A DNA stretch of 64,000 bases from Cyclobacteriaceae bacterium (GTDB lineage: Bacteria > Bacteroidota > Bacteroidia > Cytophagales > Cyclobacteriaceae), in contig JBEBJH010000001.1 in NCBI GenBank assembly GCA_040079965.1, forward strand, positions 3,862 to 67,861. The letters are read 5' to 3'. The notes under the pieces are model-generated. The model did not search any database. It was not told the origin of the DNA and saw only the letters and a list, made by a program, of their open reading frames with translations. Both the position numbers and the translations under genes were made by a program. Shown here piece after piece: positions 9,601 to 21,400 of this stretch (position 1 is its first letter; every line of letters begins with the position of its first letter).

Positions 9601-9864
9601 ATGACCAAACCCATGATTTCCATTGAAGATTTTAAGTTAGCCTCCTTTGAAAAGAAGTGTGATCTCATCACCCGCGATACTGATTTTATTGCGTCTAGAA
9701 CGATGGATGCGGTAAAAGTTTACCTCTACCACACCGGGGAGTTTTTTATCGAGGTTTATTACTCAGTCAGATTTAAGAGAGTTCTGCGAATCCAGGCTTT
9801 TACCGAGGTGGACTTCCTTGAGCCTTATACGGTTGAAGTCTCGCTTGCAGATTTAATGGTATAG
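9601..9864 (+). CDS. Small hypothetical protein (87 aa)
   Basis: ATG in an A-rich context and a globular-looking sequence (LYHTGEFFIEVYYS). The 3' end overlaps the convergent mfd by 40 nt. Confidence 0.6.
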   Translation: MTKPMISIEDFKLASFEKKCDLITRDTDFIASRTMDAVKVYLYHTGEFFIEVYYSVRFKRVLRIQAFTEVDFLEPYTVEVSLADLMV

Positions 9865-12800
9865 GAAGCCAGAGGCATAAGAATTTCAATGGCCGTATCC
9901 ACAGATGGAATTGATTCAATGGTGAGAATTAATTTGCCCGCACTTTCTTTCATACGGCAACGCTTGGGGTGGCCTTGAACGAATGTCAAAATCTTTCCAA
10001 AAATATCGGATTTGAAATATTCATCATTTCCGGAGATGAAATAGCCTCTTAATTTTTCATTCTTAAGACTGAGCTTCTCAAAACCAAGAGCCTCACCAAT
10101 CCATCGAAGCCGAACGGAGTTGATCAATTGCTCGACCGAATCGGGCAAAATTCCAAAGCGATCTTTGAGCGAGTCTCTGAAACCCATTAAACCTTTTTCA
10201 TCTTTAATATTATCCAGTGTGGCGTAGAGTTGCAGGCGCTCGCTGGTGTTGTTGATATAGGTATCAGGAATTAATATTTCAAGATCGGTTTCAATAGTAC
10301 AGTCTAATACAATTAGTTTCGCTTTGGCAGAAAGTTCTTCCGCAAACAATTCCTTGAATTCGGTTTCCTTTAGTTCCTGAATGGCATCATCCAAAATCTT
10401 GTGATAGGTGTCAAATCCTAAATCTGTAATGAACCCGGTTTGTTCTGCACCCAATAAATTGCCAGCACCCCGAATGTCAAGATCACGCATAGCGACTTTA
10501 AATCCATCACCCAATTCAGAAAATTCTTCCAGTGCAGCGAGCCGCTTTCGCGAATCTGATGACAAGACGGAGCTAGGCGGGGTGAGCAAATAGCAAAATG
10601 CTTTTTTGTTGGAACGCCCAACGCGTCCGCGCATCTGATGCAAATCACTTAAGCCAAACATATTGGCCTGGTTAATTATTATAGTGTTGGCGTTTGGAAT
10701 GTCCAGTCCGGACTCAATAATATTTGTTGAAACCAGCACATCGTATTCACCCTCGATAAACTTGACCATTACTTTTTCCAGTTTGTCGCCATCCATTTGG
10801 CCATGGGCAATGCCGATACGGGCATCAGGCACTAACTTAAAAATGGAATTAGCCATCTGTTCAATATCGTGTACACGATTATGAACAAAGAAAACCTGGC
10901 CTCCCCTTCGAAGCTCCGTACTTACGGCATCTCTGATGATGCTCTCATCAAAAGTGTGTAGTTCGGTAGTAACGGGCTGGCGGTTAGGAGGTGGAGTTGA
11001 GATAATACTTAAGTCGCGGGCGCCCATTAATGAAAAGTGAAGCGTGCGCGGGATTGGAGTGGCTGTAAGCGTCAGCACATCCACATTAACCTTAAGTTCT
11101 TTTAGACGATCTTTTACTTTCACACCAAACTTTTGCTCTTCATCAATCACCAGAAGGCCCAGGTCCTTAAACTCTACATCCTTGCTAACCACCCGATGGG
11201 TTCCTATGATGATGTTTATGTTGCCTAGCTTAACCTCTTTAATGATCTCCTTGATCTCCTTATCCGTTTTGAATCGCGATACATAGTCGATCTTCACGGG
11301 CATGGTTGAAAGGCGTTCCGAAAATGTGCGGTAGTGCTGCATAGCCAAAATAGTAGTAGGCACCAGAATAGCAACCTGCTTTCCTTCTGTTGTTGCTTTG
11401 AATGCAGCGCGAATAGCAACCTCAGTTTTTCCGAAACCGACATCTCCACATACTAACCGATCCATTGGGTGCGGCTGTTGCATATCCCGCTTTACATCTT
11501 CTGTGGCTTTGGCCTGATCCGGTGTGTCCTCATAAATAAACGAAGACTCAAGTTCGGCCTGAAGAAATCCGTCTTCCTGAAATGCATAGCCTGGTGCGCC
11601 TTTCCGTTTTGCATAAAGTTCAATCAGCTCTTTGGCTATGTCTTTTACTTTCTTTTTCGCCTTGGCTTTCTTACTGTCCCACTCTCCGCTGCCAAGTTTA
11701 CTGATTGAAGGGGGCGTTCCATCTTTACCGGAGTATTTTGAAATCTTATGAAGGGCATGAATGCTTACAGTAAGTAAATCATCGTCTCTAAATACCAGAC
11801 GAATAGCCTCCTGTTCTTTACCATCTACAAATTTCTTTTCCAGGCCCGCGAACTTGCCAATTCCATAATCGATATGAGTAACAAAATCTCCGGGTTGTAG
11901 CGTTTGTAATTCCCGGAAGGTTAAGGCTTTTGATTTTGAAAATTTTTCTTTGTGCCGGTAACGATAAAAACGTTCAAAGATCTGGTGATCCGTATAGCAC
12001 ACCAACTTTTGTGTATGGTCGACAAATCCCTCCCTTAAGGAAAACTCCAGCGACTGAAACTTGATTTCAGGATGAATCTCTTCAAAAATTCCATGTAGCC
12101 GTTCTACTTGTCTTGGTTGCTCGGTAGAAATGAAGTTACCGTAGCCTTGTTCCTGATGTTCGAGTAGGTTAGCAGCAAGCAATTCAAAATTCTTATTGAA
12201 CGATGGCTGCGCGGAAGAACTAAATTCATAAACGTGGCGGGCCTCGAACAAGAATTTGGATCCAAATTCAATACATGGTAACTCCTTAAGGCTTTTGATA
12301 ATGTTCTCGCCTGTATTAAAAAGCTGAATGGGCTCCAGAACAACTTTTGTATTGCCGCTCTCGCGGAGGATTTTATCAAACGAGGCGCTGGCCTTTTCAA
12401 AGCATTTTTCAACGATATCCCTTATAAGCTCCACATCTTTAAGCCAGATTCTGGTTGATGGAGAAATAAAATCGAAAAAAGATTGTCGTTCTTCATGAAC
12501 TAAACGCGTTTGCACGTTTGGCATCAGGTTTATCTTTTCAATAGTTTCTACAGAAAGCTGCGAACCCGGGTCAAAACTTCGAATACTGTCAACTTCGTCT
12601 CCAGATAATTCAATACGGTAGGGAAGTTCGTGAGCAAAAGAAAAGACATCAATGATACCTCCGCGTATGGCAAACTGGCCGGCTTCGAAAACAAAATCTG
12701 TTTTTTCAAAGTCGTAGCTATGAAGAAACTCTTCCAGAAAACTCCGGTCGAGTATCTCACCTTTTTTGATGAGGAACGTGTTTGTGGCGAGGGATTTCTT

Positions 12801-13205
12801 ATTGATTACTTTTTCTGAAATCGCTTCGGGGTAACTGACAATTACATTTCCTTCAGGATGGTTACTTAGGTGGTTGAGGACCTCGGAGCGCATCAGAATA
12901 TTTGCGTTCTCGATTTCATCGTACTCATAGGGCCGCTTGTACGACATTGGGAAAAAGAGAACTTCTTTTTCTCCTAACAGATGCTGAAGATCATTAAGTA
13001 GGTAGGAGGCTTCTTCCTTGTCTTTCGCAATGAGCAGGTGTGATGCCCGAATGCTTTTGAAAACTGCAGAAAATACTACCGAGTCCAAACTTCCATGCAA
13101 ACCTTTTAATCGGATATTGGTATGTGCAGACGTACGAATCCCCTCGGCCAGCGTCTGTACCAGGCTGTCCGCACGATAAATAGAAAGAAAATCGTGCGCC
13201 TTCAC
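9825..13205 (-). CDS. mfd: Transcription-repair coupling factor Mfd
   Basis: UvrB-like N-terminus ([13 protein letters not shown]), RID ([11 protein letters not shown]), [30 protein letters not shown] motif [12 protein letters not shown]. Confidence 0.97.
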   Translation of the reverse strand: MKAHDFLSIYRADSLVQTLAEGIRTSAHTNIRLKGLHGSLDSVVFSAVFKSIRASHLLIAKDKEEASYLLNDLQHLLGEKEVLFFPMSYKRPYEYDEIENANILMRSEVLNHLSNHPEGNVIVSYPEAISEKVINKKSLATNTFLIKKGEILDRSFLEEFLHSYDFEKTDFVFEAGQFAIRGGIIDVFSFAHELPYRIELSGDEVDSIRSFDPGSQLSVETIEKINLMPNVQTRLVHEERQSFFDFISPSTRIWLKDVELIRDIVEKCFEKASASFDKILRESGNTKVVLEPIQLFNTGENIIKSLKELPCIEFGSKFLFEARHVYEFSSSAQPSFNKNFELLAANLLEHQEQGYGNFISTEQPRQVERLHGIFEEIHPEIKFQSLEFSLREGFVDHTQKLVCYTDHQIFERFYRYRHKEKFSKSKALTFRELQTLQPGDFVTHIDYGIGKFAGLEKKFVDGKEQEAIRLVFRDDDLLTVSIHALHKISKYSGKDGTPPSISKLGSGEWDSKKAKAKKKVKDIAKELIELYAKRKGAPGYAFQEDGFLQAELESSFIYEDTPDQAKATEDVKRDMQQPHPMDRLVCGDVGFGKTEVAIRAAFKATTEGKQVAILVPTTILAMQHYRTFSERLSTMPVKIDYVSRFKTDKEIKEIIKEVKLGNINIIIGTHRVVSKDVEFKDLGLLVIDEEQKFGVKVKDRLKELKVNVDVLTLTATPIPRTLHFSLMGARDLSIISTPPPNRQPVTTELHTFDESIIRDAVSTELRRGGQVFFVHNRVHDIEQMANSIFKLVPDARIGIAHGQMDGDKLEKVMVKFIEGEYDVLVSTNIIESGLDIPNANTIIINQANMFGLSDLHQMRGRVGRSNKKAFCYLLTPPSSVLSSDSRKRLAALEEFSELGDGFKVAMRDLDIRGAGNLLGAEQTGFITDLGFDTYHKILDDAIQELKETEFKELFAEELSAKAKLIVLDCTIETDLEILIPDTYINNTSERLQLYATLDNIKDEKGLMGFRDSLKDRFGILPDSVEQLINSVRLRWIGEALGFEKLSLKNEKLRGYFISGNDEYFKSDIFGKILTFVQGHPKRCRMKESAGKLILTIESIPSVDTAIEILMPLASYTIKSASETSTV

Positions 13206-13227
13206 ACCAACAGGTAAAAATAGGTCG

Positions 13228-13235
13228 CAAATATA
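13228..13235 (-). promoter_or_regulatory. -7 promoter element for mfd
   Basis: TATATTTG on the minus strand, 22 nt upstream of the GTG start. Confidence 0.6.
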
Positions 13236-13330
13236 CCATTACGCTTATAATTTAAACCTTGTTTAATAGCCCAATTGAAAATGTTTTGAAAAACCGACCA
13301 AAGACTAAGCTTGGTAGTACTTAGTAAGTT

Positions 13331-13338
13331 TAACTTTG
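13331..13338 (+). promoter_or_regulatory. -7 promoter element for the small membrane protein/redoxin pair
   Basis: TAACTTTG, 5 nt before ATG 13344. Confidence 0.55.
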
Positions 13339-13343
13339 TTGCG

Positions 13344-13535
13344 ATGTATTACGTGCAGTTGTTATTTCTTCTGATCAGCCTGACTTCATTTCTCTTTATG
13401 ATTCTGGGCCTGATTAAACCATGGATTATGCTTTGGTGGGAAGATGTGCAGAATCGGAAAAAAGTAATTCAACTATACGGAACCTCAGGTTTATTGTTTT
13501 TAATCATTTATTTCGTGTTGAAAATTTTTGTTTAG
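13344..13535 (+). CDS. Small two-TM membrane protein (63 aa)
   Basis: Two hydrophobic segments flank KPWIMLWWEDVQNRKK. The stop is 2 nt before the next ATG. Confidence 0.6.
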   Translation: MYYVQLLFLLISLTSFLFMILGLIKPWIMLWWEDVQNRKKVIQLYGTSGLLFLIIYFVLKIFV

Positions 13536-13537
13536 CC

Positions 13538-14026
13538 ATGATCAGAAGATTGTTAATTCTTTTGCCTTTAATTTTTGCTTTATCGCAGTGCAACAAACCA
13601 GAGAAGAAAGCTCCGGTTGCCAGGAAAGAAATAAACGAGTTTCCTTACCTGACCTTCAATACTCTGGATGGCTCGACAGCTACAACGCGGGATTTGCCGG
13701 GTGCCTCCATACTTATTTTATTCAACGCAGACTGCGATCATTGTCAGCGCGAAGCAAAGTCCATTCAGGAAAAACTGAATTCTTTCAAAGGATACACATT
13801 ACAGTTTATAGCATCGGACCCAGTTGAAATAATTCAAAAATTTTCCCGTGACTATCAATTGGACAATCAACCTAATGTTCGGTTTGGAAGAGCCGAGGGC
13901 GTAGATGTGTACACTAATTTTGGCTCTATACCCACACCTTCAATTTATATTTACTCTAAGGAAAAGAGATTTGTAAAATCATTTCTGGGCGAAACCCCAG
14001 TGGATGAGATTATCAATTTCTTATAG
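13538..14026 (+). CDS. Thioredoxin-fold (redoxin/TlpA-like) lipoprotein
   Basis: Signal peptide ending LSQC, LILFNADCDHCQ (CxxC), cis-Pro motif IPTPSIY. Start refined to ATG 13538. Confidence 0.75.
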   Translation: MIRRLLILLPLIFALSQCNKPEKKAPVARKEINEFPYLTFNTLDGSTATTRDLPGASILILFNADCDHCQREAKSIQEKLNSFKGYTLQFIASDPVEIIQKFSRDYQLDNQPNVRFGRAEGVDVYTNFGSIPTPSIYIYSKEKRFVKSFLGETPVDEIINFL

Positions 14027-15239
14027 CACCAGAGCATAATGCCAGGTGTTTCTTTTGCTGTGTCGAAAAGCCAATCAGAAATTTATTGCCCCCATCAAAC
14101 AGCTTTAATTTCTTTTTGAGCTCTTCTGGCTTGAGCGGATAATTCCTTGTCATCACATTTACCTGGTGATTGGACAAAAGTTGGTTTAATTCTTTTGAAT
14201 CCGGATCGAGGACCTCAATTCGAAATGTTCTGCCCGGAAAATCATTAACTAATTTGCTGGCAGTATACAGATGCGTGTTGGGAGCAAGTTTGGTAAGTTG
14301 AAACTTTTGAGAGATCAATTTAAAAGCCCCGGATTTCAATATTGCTGAGTTGGGCTCGTATATAAATTCTAAAGGTTCGCCCAATTGAACGGTAGCACAC
14401 TTCTCTTCTTCAAGAGAAAATACAAAAGCAGATTTAACATTTCCTTCCCGGGTGAGATCAGCAGCTTCAATTGCCACTTCTCCCGAATAATCTTTCTCTG
14501 CAAGATAAAGCAGCTCCTTACACTCGTTATCAACAGAAACCACAAACACCTTCTTAACGTGAAGTATTTCGCGCAAGCCCTGTTGAATATCTAAAAGCGG
14601 GGAAGTCTTGACCAAAAGGAAAGGGCACTTCTCAAAAATCTTCTCTTGAAGTTTAGAAATGTCAGGTGAGCAATCGGCTAGTTTAAACACTTTACGTGAT
14701 TGCTGATCTCTCCGGCTGGGATCGAGAAACACAAGATCTACGTGTTGATTGTATGAATCGATAAATTCCTGAGCAGAGGTGTTGTGGTGTATTATGGAGC
14801 TTGCACCCAATGTTTGGTGGTTGTGTTGTGCAATTTCAAACAAGTCTTCATTAGGTTCAACATAATGAGCAGGATCAAACATTTGTGAAAAGTAGAAACT
14901 GTCTATGCCAAATCCGCCCGTTAAATCAATTAGAGCCAAGTCATTTTTATTGGGGAACAATGACCTGGCAATCTTGACCTTGTAAAGAGCTGCGGCTTCC
15001 GAGGATGACTGTTCAAGATTAACTGAAGGTGGATAAATAACGCCCTTTGTTTTGTACCAGGTTGGTAATTTGATTTTTGATTTTCGTCTTCCGGTCAGTT
15101 GCTGAGCGATCTGTGAAGCAGGTAATCCCAAGACCTCATTATGCTTTAATACTAAACTTCTTTCATCGTCACCCTCATGACTAAAGATGTAATCCTGCAC
15201 TTCGGGTTGAGCGATGCGCGAAAGATAATTTGTTGGCAT
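14013..15239 (-). CDS. Class I SAM-dependent (RNA) methyltransferase with THUMP-like C-terminus
   Basis: EQSSSE, IDLTGGFGIDS, LDPSRR, VKTSPLLD, YEPNSAILKSG. Confidence 0.8.
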   Translation of the reverse strand: MPTNYLSRIAQPEVQDYIFSHEGDDERSLVLKHNEVLGLPASQIAQQLTGRRKSKIKLPTWYKTKGVIYPPSVNLEQSSSEAAALYKVKIARSLFPNKNDLALIDLTGGFGIDSFYFSQMFDPAHYVEPNEDLFEIAQHNHQTLGASSIIHHNTSAQEFIDSYNQHVDLVFLDPSRRDQQSRKVFKLADCSPDISKLQEKIFEKCPFLLVKTSPLLDIQQGLREILHVKKVFVVSVDNECKELLYLAEKDYSGEVAIEAADLTREGNVKSAFVFSLEEEKCATVQLGEPLEFIYEPNSAILKSGAFKLISQKFQLTKLAPNTHLYTASKLVNDFPGRTFRIEVLDPDSKELNQLLSNHQVNVMTRNYPLKPEELKKKLKLFDGGNKFLIGFSTQQKKHLALCSGAIRN

Positions 15240-15277
15240 GAAGGCAAAGTTGCAAATTCGCGCGGTATTTTAATTGA

Positions 15278-16462
15278 ATGAGAAAGTCCCCACTGTTTGT
15301 TTTATTTATAACCATTTTCATTGATATGCTGGGGTTTGGAATCATCATTCCAATCTTACCCATCTTCACGAAGGAACTAGGAGCCCAGGACTATCAGATT
15401 GGATTAATCGCCATGATCTATCCGATCATGAATTTTTTCTTTGCCCCCCTTTGGGGAACACTCAGTGATCGCCATGGACGTAGGCCTATTATTTTAGTTA
15501 GCGTATTTATTACAGGCCTTGCTTATCTGGTATTTGCCCAGGTAAACGGATTGATTATTTTATTTCTTTCGAGAATGTTGTCCGGAATTGGCTCGGCTAA
15601 CATTTCGGTTGCCCAGGCATACATAGCTGATGTCACGACTCCACATGAACGCACAAAGACTCTTGGTTTTTTAGGTGCAGCCTTTGGAATAGGTTTCATT
15701 ATCGGACCTACGTTGGGTGGTTATCTAAAGAGTATTTCAGCACCTGGTCAGGTTGACTGGGTAGGCTATGTTACCGCAAGTATGTCGTTTGTCAATTTGG
15801 GATTAGCGTACTTTTTGCTTCCGGAATCCATGAAGAAAAAACGGGCCGATGCTCCCTTTAATTTCAAAGTTGTAACCGGAATTGTAACCGAATTAAAAAA
15901 GCCTTCCATCCGTGAGTTATTGTTGATCAATTTCATTTTCATTGCTGCGTTTATGCTCATGCAGATGGCGTGCTCGCTGATGTGGAAGGAAGTTGATGGC
16001 CTTAATGATAAGCAAATTGGATATGTGTTTGCCTTTACCGGGTTGGCAACAGCGATTGTTCAGGGAGCATTGGTAGGCCGGATGGTAAAATGGATTGGCG
16101 AAAGGAAGATGCTGACCTATGGAATCTTCTTTATGATTGCAGGGCTCGTGATGCTGCCATTGGTCGGGGAGTCTTACTTTATTCCTTTTGAGCTAGTGGG
16201 CCTTGCATTGATTGCGATGGCAAATGGGTGTCTTACACCGAGCATTACATCTATGATTTCAAAATATGCTGATCCCAAAGACGTGGGTCAGGTGCTTGGG
16301 GTCAATCAATCGTTTGGCTCCTTAGCCCGAGCAGCCGGCATGGGATTAAGTGGATTTCTTTATGGAATGAATTTTCATGTTCCATTTTTTGCCGGAGCCT
16401 TCCTAATGGCAATATGCTTTTGGTTGGCAAATACATTTTCAAAAATTCCAACTCAGTCTTGA
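15278..16462 (+). CDS. MFS transporter (DHA1/TetA-like family)
   Basis: 12 TM segments, motif A GTLSDRHGRRP, motif C GIGFIIGPTLGG. Confidence 0.9.
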   Translation: MRKSPLFVLFITIFIDMLGFGIIIPILPIFTKELGAQDYQIGLIAMIYPIMNFFFAPLWGTLSDRHGRRPIILVSVFITGLAYLVFAQVNGLIILFLSRMLSGIGSANISVAQAYIADVTTPHERTKTLGFLGAAFGIGFIIGPTLGGYLKSISAPGQVDWVGYVTASMSFVNLGLAYFLLPESMKKKRADAPFNFKVVTGIVTELKKPSIRELLLINFIFIAAFMLMQMACSLMWKEVDGLNDKQIGYVFAFTGLATAIVQGALVGRMVKWIGERKMLTYGIFFMIAGLVMLPLVGESYFIPFELVGLALIAMANGCLTPSITSMISKYADPKDVGQVLGVNQSFGSLARAAGMGLSGFLYGMNFHVPFFAGAFLMAICFWLANTFSKIPTQS

Positions 16463-17118
16463 ATCGAAGATTTAGGAAGCTTCACTAAAGACCAATAGAT
16501 ATTTCTGAGGTAAGCGATTAAACCAAGTCCTTGAGCCACCAACAGAACCGGGTCGTGACGATAGATTCCATAAATTACGACCATCACGGAAGCAAATGCA
16601 CTGATCACCCAAAAGCCTAAAGGCAAAATTGATTCATTTACTTTCTCGGAGTGATACCATTGATACAGATATCGAAAATTAAGAAGCAATTGGCCGATTG
16701 TGCCTATGATGATAAAAAGATCCGTGAAATCTGCTTTGCTGAAAATCTGATCAAAAGTTTCAGGAGAAAATAATCCAACCCATAAAAGAAGCAGCGGTGG
16801 AAGAGGAAAAATTATGATCCTCAATACGAGTGGAAGCTTAATCCAGAATCCTTTTAGCTGAAGATTACGGATGTAGATATAAAACGAAATGGTTTGTCCG
16901 AAGAGGATTACGAAATCATGTCGGAGGATACCATAGATCAGAAATAGGAACGATCCACAGATACTAAAAATCCAAAATAGGGTGGGAGATACAACCTTGC
17001 CCTCTCGTTCAGATTTTATCCATTGAATAATTGTACGGGCACCAAACAACGATTGGGCAAAGAAACCAAGTCCATAAATGAGAAGATCTTGCCACGAAAG
17101 TTGTCTGATAGACTCCAC
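16453..17118 (-). CDS. Lipid-A-disaccharide synthase N-terminal (LAB_N) domain membrane protein
   Basis: Two internal repeats, FGARTIIQWIKSE...PTLFW and FRYLYQWYHSE...PLGFW, each followed by YGI.RHD.V. Confidence 0.8.
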   Translation of the reverse strand: MESIRQLSWQDLLIYGLGFFAQSLFGARTIIQWIKSEREGKVVSPTLFWIFSICGSFLFLIYGILRHDFVILFGQTISFYIYIRNLQLKGFWIKLPLVLRIIIFPLPPLLLLWVGLFSPETFDQIFSKADFTDLFIIIGTIGQLLLNFRYLYQWYHSEKVNESILPLGFWVISAFASVMVVIYGIYRHDPVLLVAQGLGLIAYLRNIYWSLVKLPKSSIQD

Positions 17119-17159
17119 CCAGGTTACAGGTTAAGGATATGATTTCTTTTTGCTCTGGA

Positions 17160-18335
17160 TTATTCCTCCACCTTATTTTTCATAGTCATCAGAAGATTGT
17201 AAGCCCCTTTAACGACAACTTTTTTATCGACCAAACTCTCACCAGAAACAATTTCGATAAATCCATTTTCAAAAACACCAGTCTTAACTTCATGAATGGA
17301 GTAAGCCGCATCACGTTCAGTCAGGAAAATGTACTGATTGTTTTGAAAGCGGACAATGGCCTCTTCCGGCAGAGCATAGACACTAGTGTTTTTGATTTCA
17401 ATCTCAGCATTCATGTACATCCCTGGCACGAGGGTCTTATCGTAATTTTCAAAATGAGAGTGAACCTCGGTGCTTCTTTCCGCTGATAGATTTTTTCCGA
17501 TGAGAATAATCTCGCATTCATGTCTTTTATCGGGTTGACTATTCGTGTAAGCAAATAACTTTTGGCCGATTGAGAGCTTGCTCAGGTCTTTTTCAAAAAT
17601 CGTCACTGCAAGGTGTATGTCTGACGGGTTGATCAGTTCAAACAGCACTTCACTGGGCTGGGTGAACTTGCCAATATTTACATTCACCTTCGAAACATAT
17701 CCATCAATAGGCGAATAGATATTGATGCTTTTTGAAATCCTATTTTCATCCAGCTTGTCAGGATTTATCCCAATGAGTTCAAGGCGTTCGGCCAGCGACT
17801 TCACATTGATTTTTTCAGTTGCGTAATCAACTTCCGTTTGTTGAAAAACCTTGTCGCTGCTGGCCTTGCTTTGATTCAGTTCTTTCTGTCGATTGTATTC
17901 ATTAGCCGTAAAACTCAGCCGCGCTTTGGCGGTCAAATAGTCTTGCTGTAACTGAATATACTGTTGGTCTTCCATAACTGCAATTACCTCGCCTTTATTT
18001 AGATGCATACCCGGAAGCAGTTTGGTAGACTTAAGGTAGCCCCCCATGGGTACACTTACTGAAATCATATTTTGTGGAGGTACATCAACTCGTCCGTTTA
18101 CCTTCAGCACACTCGATATTGACTTTTGTTCAATTTTACCGAGTACAATCCCGGCATTTTTAAGTTGGGCCGGAGATAGAGTAACAGAATTTTCTACATG
18201 TGTGGAATCAGCACTATCAGTCGTCTCGTTTTTTGAGCCGCATGAGATGACGGACGCCAGAGTACAAATCGCAAGAAGGGACCTTATCATGTAACGGGAT
18301 TTTGTAATCGGATATGTCTGAAGGATATTTTTCAT
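17160..18335 (-). CDS. RND efflux periplasmic adaptor (CzcB/CusB-like), copy 1
   Basis: Lipobox VISC, lipoyl halves (VSVPMGGY..., IYSPIDGYV), YIQLQQDYL, LVPGMYM.AEI. Confidence 0.9.
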   Translation of the reverse strand: MKNILQTYPITKSRYMIRSLLAICTLASVISCGSKNETTDSADSTHVENSVTLSPAQLKNAGIVLGKIEQKSISSVLKVNGRVDVPPQNMISVSVPMGGYLKSTKLLPGMHLNKGEVIAVMEDQQYIQLQQDYLTAKARLSFTANEYNRQKELNQSKASSDKVFQQTEVDYATEKINVKSLAERLELIGINPDKLDENRISKSINIYSPIDGYVSKVNVNIGKFTQPSEVLFELINPSDIHLAVTIFEKDLSKLSIGQKLFAYTNSQPDKRHECEIILIGKNLSAERSTEVHSHFENYDKTLVPGMYMNAEIEIKNTSVYALPEEAIVRFQNNQYIFLTERDAAYSIHEVKTGVFENGFIEIVSGESLVDKKVVVKGAYNLLMTMKNKVEE

Positions 18336-18433
18336 GTGTTAATTTTTATTTTTTAAGGTTCGGTCACATGGAATTCGCATATTAACATACCCTTGGGGAT
18401 AACGATCTTTATGCTCATTTCATGAAGGATATC

Positions 18434-21400
18434 TTATTTATAAATGAAATAATTGAGTTGAATAATGCTTTCGTTGAGATTGTTCACCGCAATCAAATAT
18501 TCGTTTCGAAGGGAGATGGCCTGGTTGGTAAGCATCACCCACTCTAAGTAGTTGATTCCGCCATTCGCAAATTGTTTATTGGCGGTGTCAGTAATTAGCG
18601 TTGCGTTTGTTAAACCGGTTTGTTCATAATAATCAACTGACCTGGCGAAGTTGAGGTATTGTGTAATGGCCCTTTGATATTCGGTATTGAACTGTTGCAA
18701 GCCAGCCAGGTAGTTTGTTTCGGTTATTTTCTGAATGGATTTGGAGGCGTTGATTTTAGCTCTTTGCGAGCCGTAGAACAGAGGTATTCCAAGACCAATC
18801 TGACCTGACTGAAACCGGGCTGAACCACCATATGAGATATTGTCCGCACCGGTACCTCGCATCGACATGTTGTTATAGGCAAACGTGAGATCGGGCAGTA
18901 GTTTGGATTTTTCCAATTTAGTGTTCCTGATTGAGATCTGTTTCTGTTGTTGTAACCATTGAATGGCAGGATGTAGTGAGAGGGTGGGCGAATCAATTGT
19001 TTCAATTCTACTCATTTTAAAATCATCTTCTTGCGGCACCAGTAATGTGGTTGTATTTAATAAAAGTTGAAACTGTGCCTTCAATAATTCAAGATCAGCC
19101 TTCAGTTGGTTGAGTTGCAAACCGATTTGTCCTCGCTGTGTTTCGGCTGTAGTCTTTTCAAGAATATTAGTCTCCCCTACAGCAAATCTTAAATTGGCCT
19201 TCTTCAGAAACTCGCTGTATAAACTATCATTTTGCTGTAACAATTTTCGCTTTTGCTCCAGATAGGTAAGCATATAATAGACCTGTGATACCTGCCGCTT
19301 GAGTTCAACTTCTTTTATGGCTACGTTCAACATACTGCTTCTCCACTCTTCTCGTAACACAGACTTTTGATTCGAATAAACGGAAGGGAAATTGATATTC
19401 TGGTTAATTACAAATCGATTATCAGAGAAGCTACTATTGATCTGACCGTACTCACCGATTACCATTGTCTGAGGTAAGTTCGCACCTGATTTGATCAGCT
19501 GATTTTGATATTCCGCTTTTAATCGTTCGTTCTTAACCAATAAATTATTGACCAATGCAGTATCAATGGCCGCCTGTATAGTAATTGGTGTTTGTGCATT
19601 TGCTCCTGAAACTGAGGCGGTCAGCAGAGCAAACACTAATAAAACAGCTAGGGGCATCATTCTTTTTTTCTTTCCGAGTTTAGTTTCAAATATGATATAT
19701 AACACAGGCAGAACAAATAAAGTAAGTAGCGTGGCGATCAGTAAACCCCCGATTACAACGGTGGCCAATGGTCGCTGAACTTCAGCACCGGCACCAGTGC
19801 TCAAGGCCATGGGTAAAAAGCCTAAGGATGCAACCAAGGCTGTCATGAGTACGGGGCGTAACCTGAGTTTTGTTCCAGATATCACAATATGGTAGAGGTT
19901 GAATTGTCCCTCTGCCTTCAAGCGATTAAATTCGGCAACCAAAACAATTCCATTCAGTACAGCCACACCAAACAAAGCGATAAACCCAACCCCGGCACTT
20001 ATACTAAACGGCATGCCTCGCGTTGCGAGAGCAAAAATTCCCCCGATTGCAGAAAGTGGAATAGCAGAATAAATCAGTAAGCCATGTTTGACGGATTTAA
20101 ATGCAAAGTACAGCATAACGAAAATCAATAGCAGCGATACTGGAACGGCAATGCTCAGTCGTTTCTTGGCGGCATTTAAATTCTCAAATGCTCCACCATA
20201 GGTTACATAATACCCCACCGGAAAATTTATTTGAGCATCTACCTTTTGCTGTAGCTCAGTCACTATAGTTTGCACATCGCGGCCACGCACATTAAAGCCA
20301 ATGATGATCCTGCGTTTGGCATCCTCACGCTGAATTTGATTAGGACCTTCTTTAATTTCAACTTCGGCTAATTGATTTAAGGGAATTTGATTTCCCTGTG
20401 GAGACGGGATTAATAAATTCTGAACGTCACTGATATTTTTGCGCTGCTCACCGACCATGCGCACAACCAGGTCAAATCTCTTCTCCTCTTCATACACTTG
20501 ACCAGTGCTTTGCCCGGCAAATGCGGTATTGACAATTCTATTGATTTCAGAAATATTCAAACCGTATTGAGCGATTGCAGCCCTATTATATTTTATAACG
20601 ATTTGAGGCATGCCACCCACAGCTTCCACGTATAAGTTGGCACTTCCTTCTACGGTATTTATCACATTGCCTAACTTGTTAGCATAGTGCGCAAGGGTAT
20701 CCAGGTTTTCTCCAAAGATTTTGCAAACCACATCCTGTCTTGCCCCGGTCATCAACTCATTGAAACGCATTTGCACCGGATACTGAAAACCAAACGTAAC
20801 TCCGGGAACAGCTTCCAAAGCTTTTCCCATTTTCTCAGCAAGTTCATTAAAGGTGGTAGCTGAAGTCCACTCGCTTTTGTCTTTCAGGATTACCATCATA
20901 TCACTGGCTTCGATAGGCATCGGGTCGGTGGGCACTTCACCGCTTCCTGTTTTGCCAACTACCTTTATTACTTCCGGAAAATTTTCCAAGAGTATTTTTT
21001 CACCCTTCAGCGTAGCGTCAACAGAAACACTGAGATTACTTCCTGTGAGCACCCGAGTGTCAACGGCAAAGTCCCCCTCTTCCAATGCAGGGATAAATTC
21101 ACCTCCAAGAAAAGAAAGAGTAATGAGGGCACTAATGAATAATGCAATAACGGTAAGCACTACCGTTTTAGGAAAGCCCAGCACTTTTTTCAGGGCGGCT
21201 TCATAAAGGCGTTCAATTTTTTCCATCATTCTATCAGAAATGTTTTTCGAGTGTTTCACTTTTTTACTTAGAAAAACGGAGCTCATCATGGGAATGTAGG
21301 TGAGCGAAAGGATGAAGGCACCCAGTAAGGCAAAGGCAACGGTTTGAGCCATGGGCTTAAACATTTTTCCTTCAATGCCCTGTAAGCTGAAGATAGGAAG

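Noticed and set aside
15278-16462. Tetracycline resistance gene tetA
   Set aside because: Only generic DHA1 motifs are present, with no tetR and no mobile context, so the substrate cannot be assigned.
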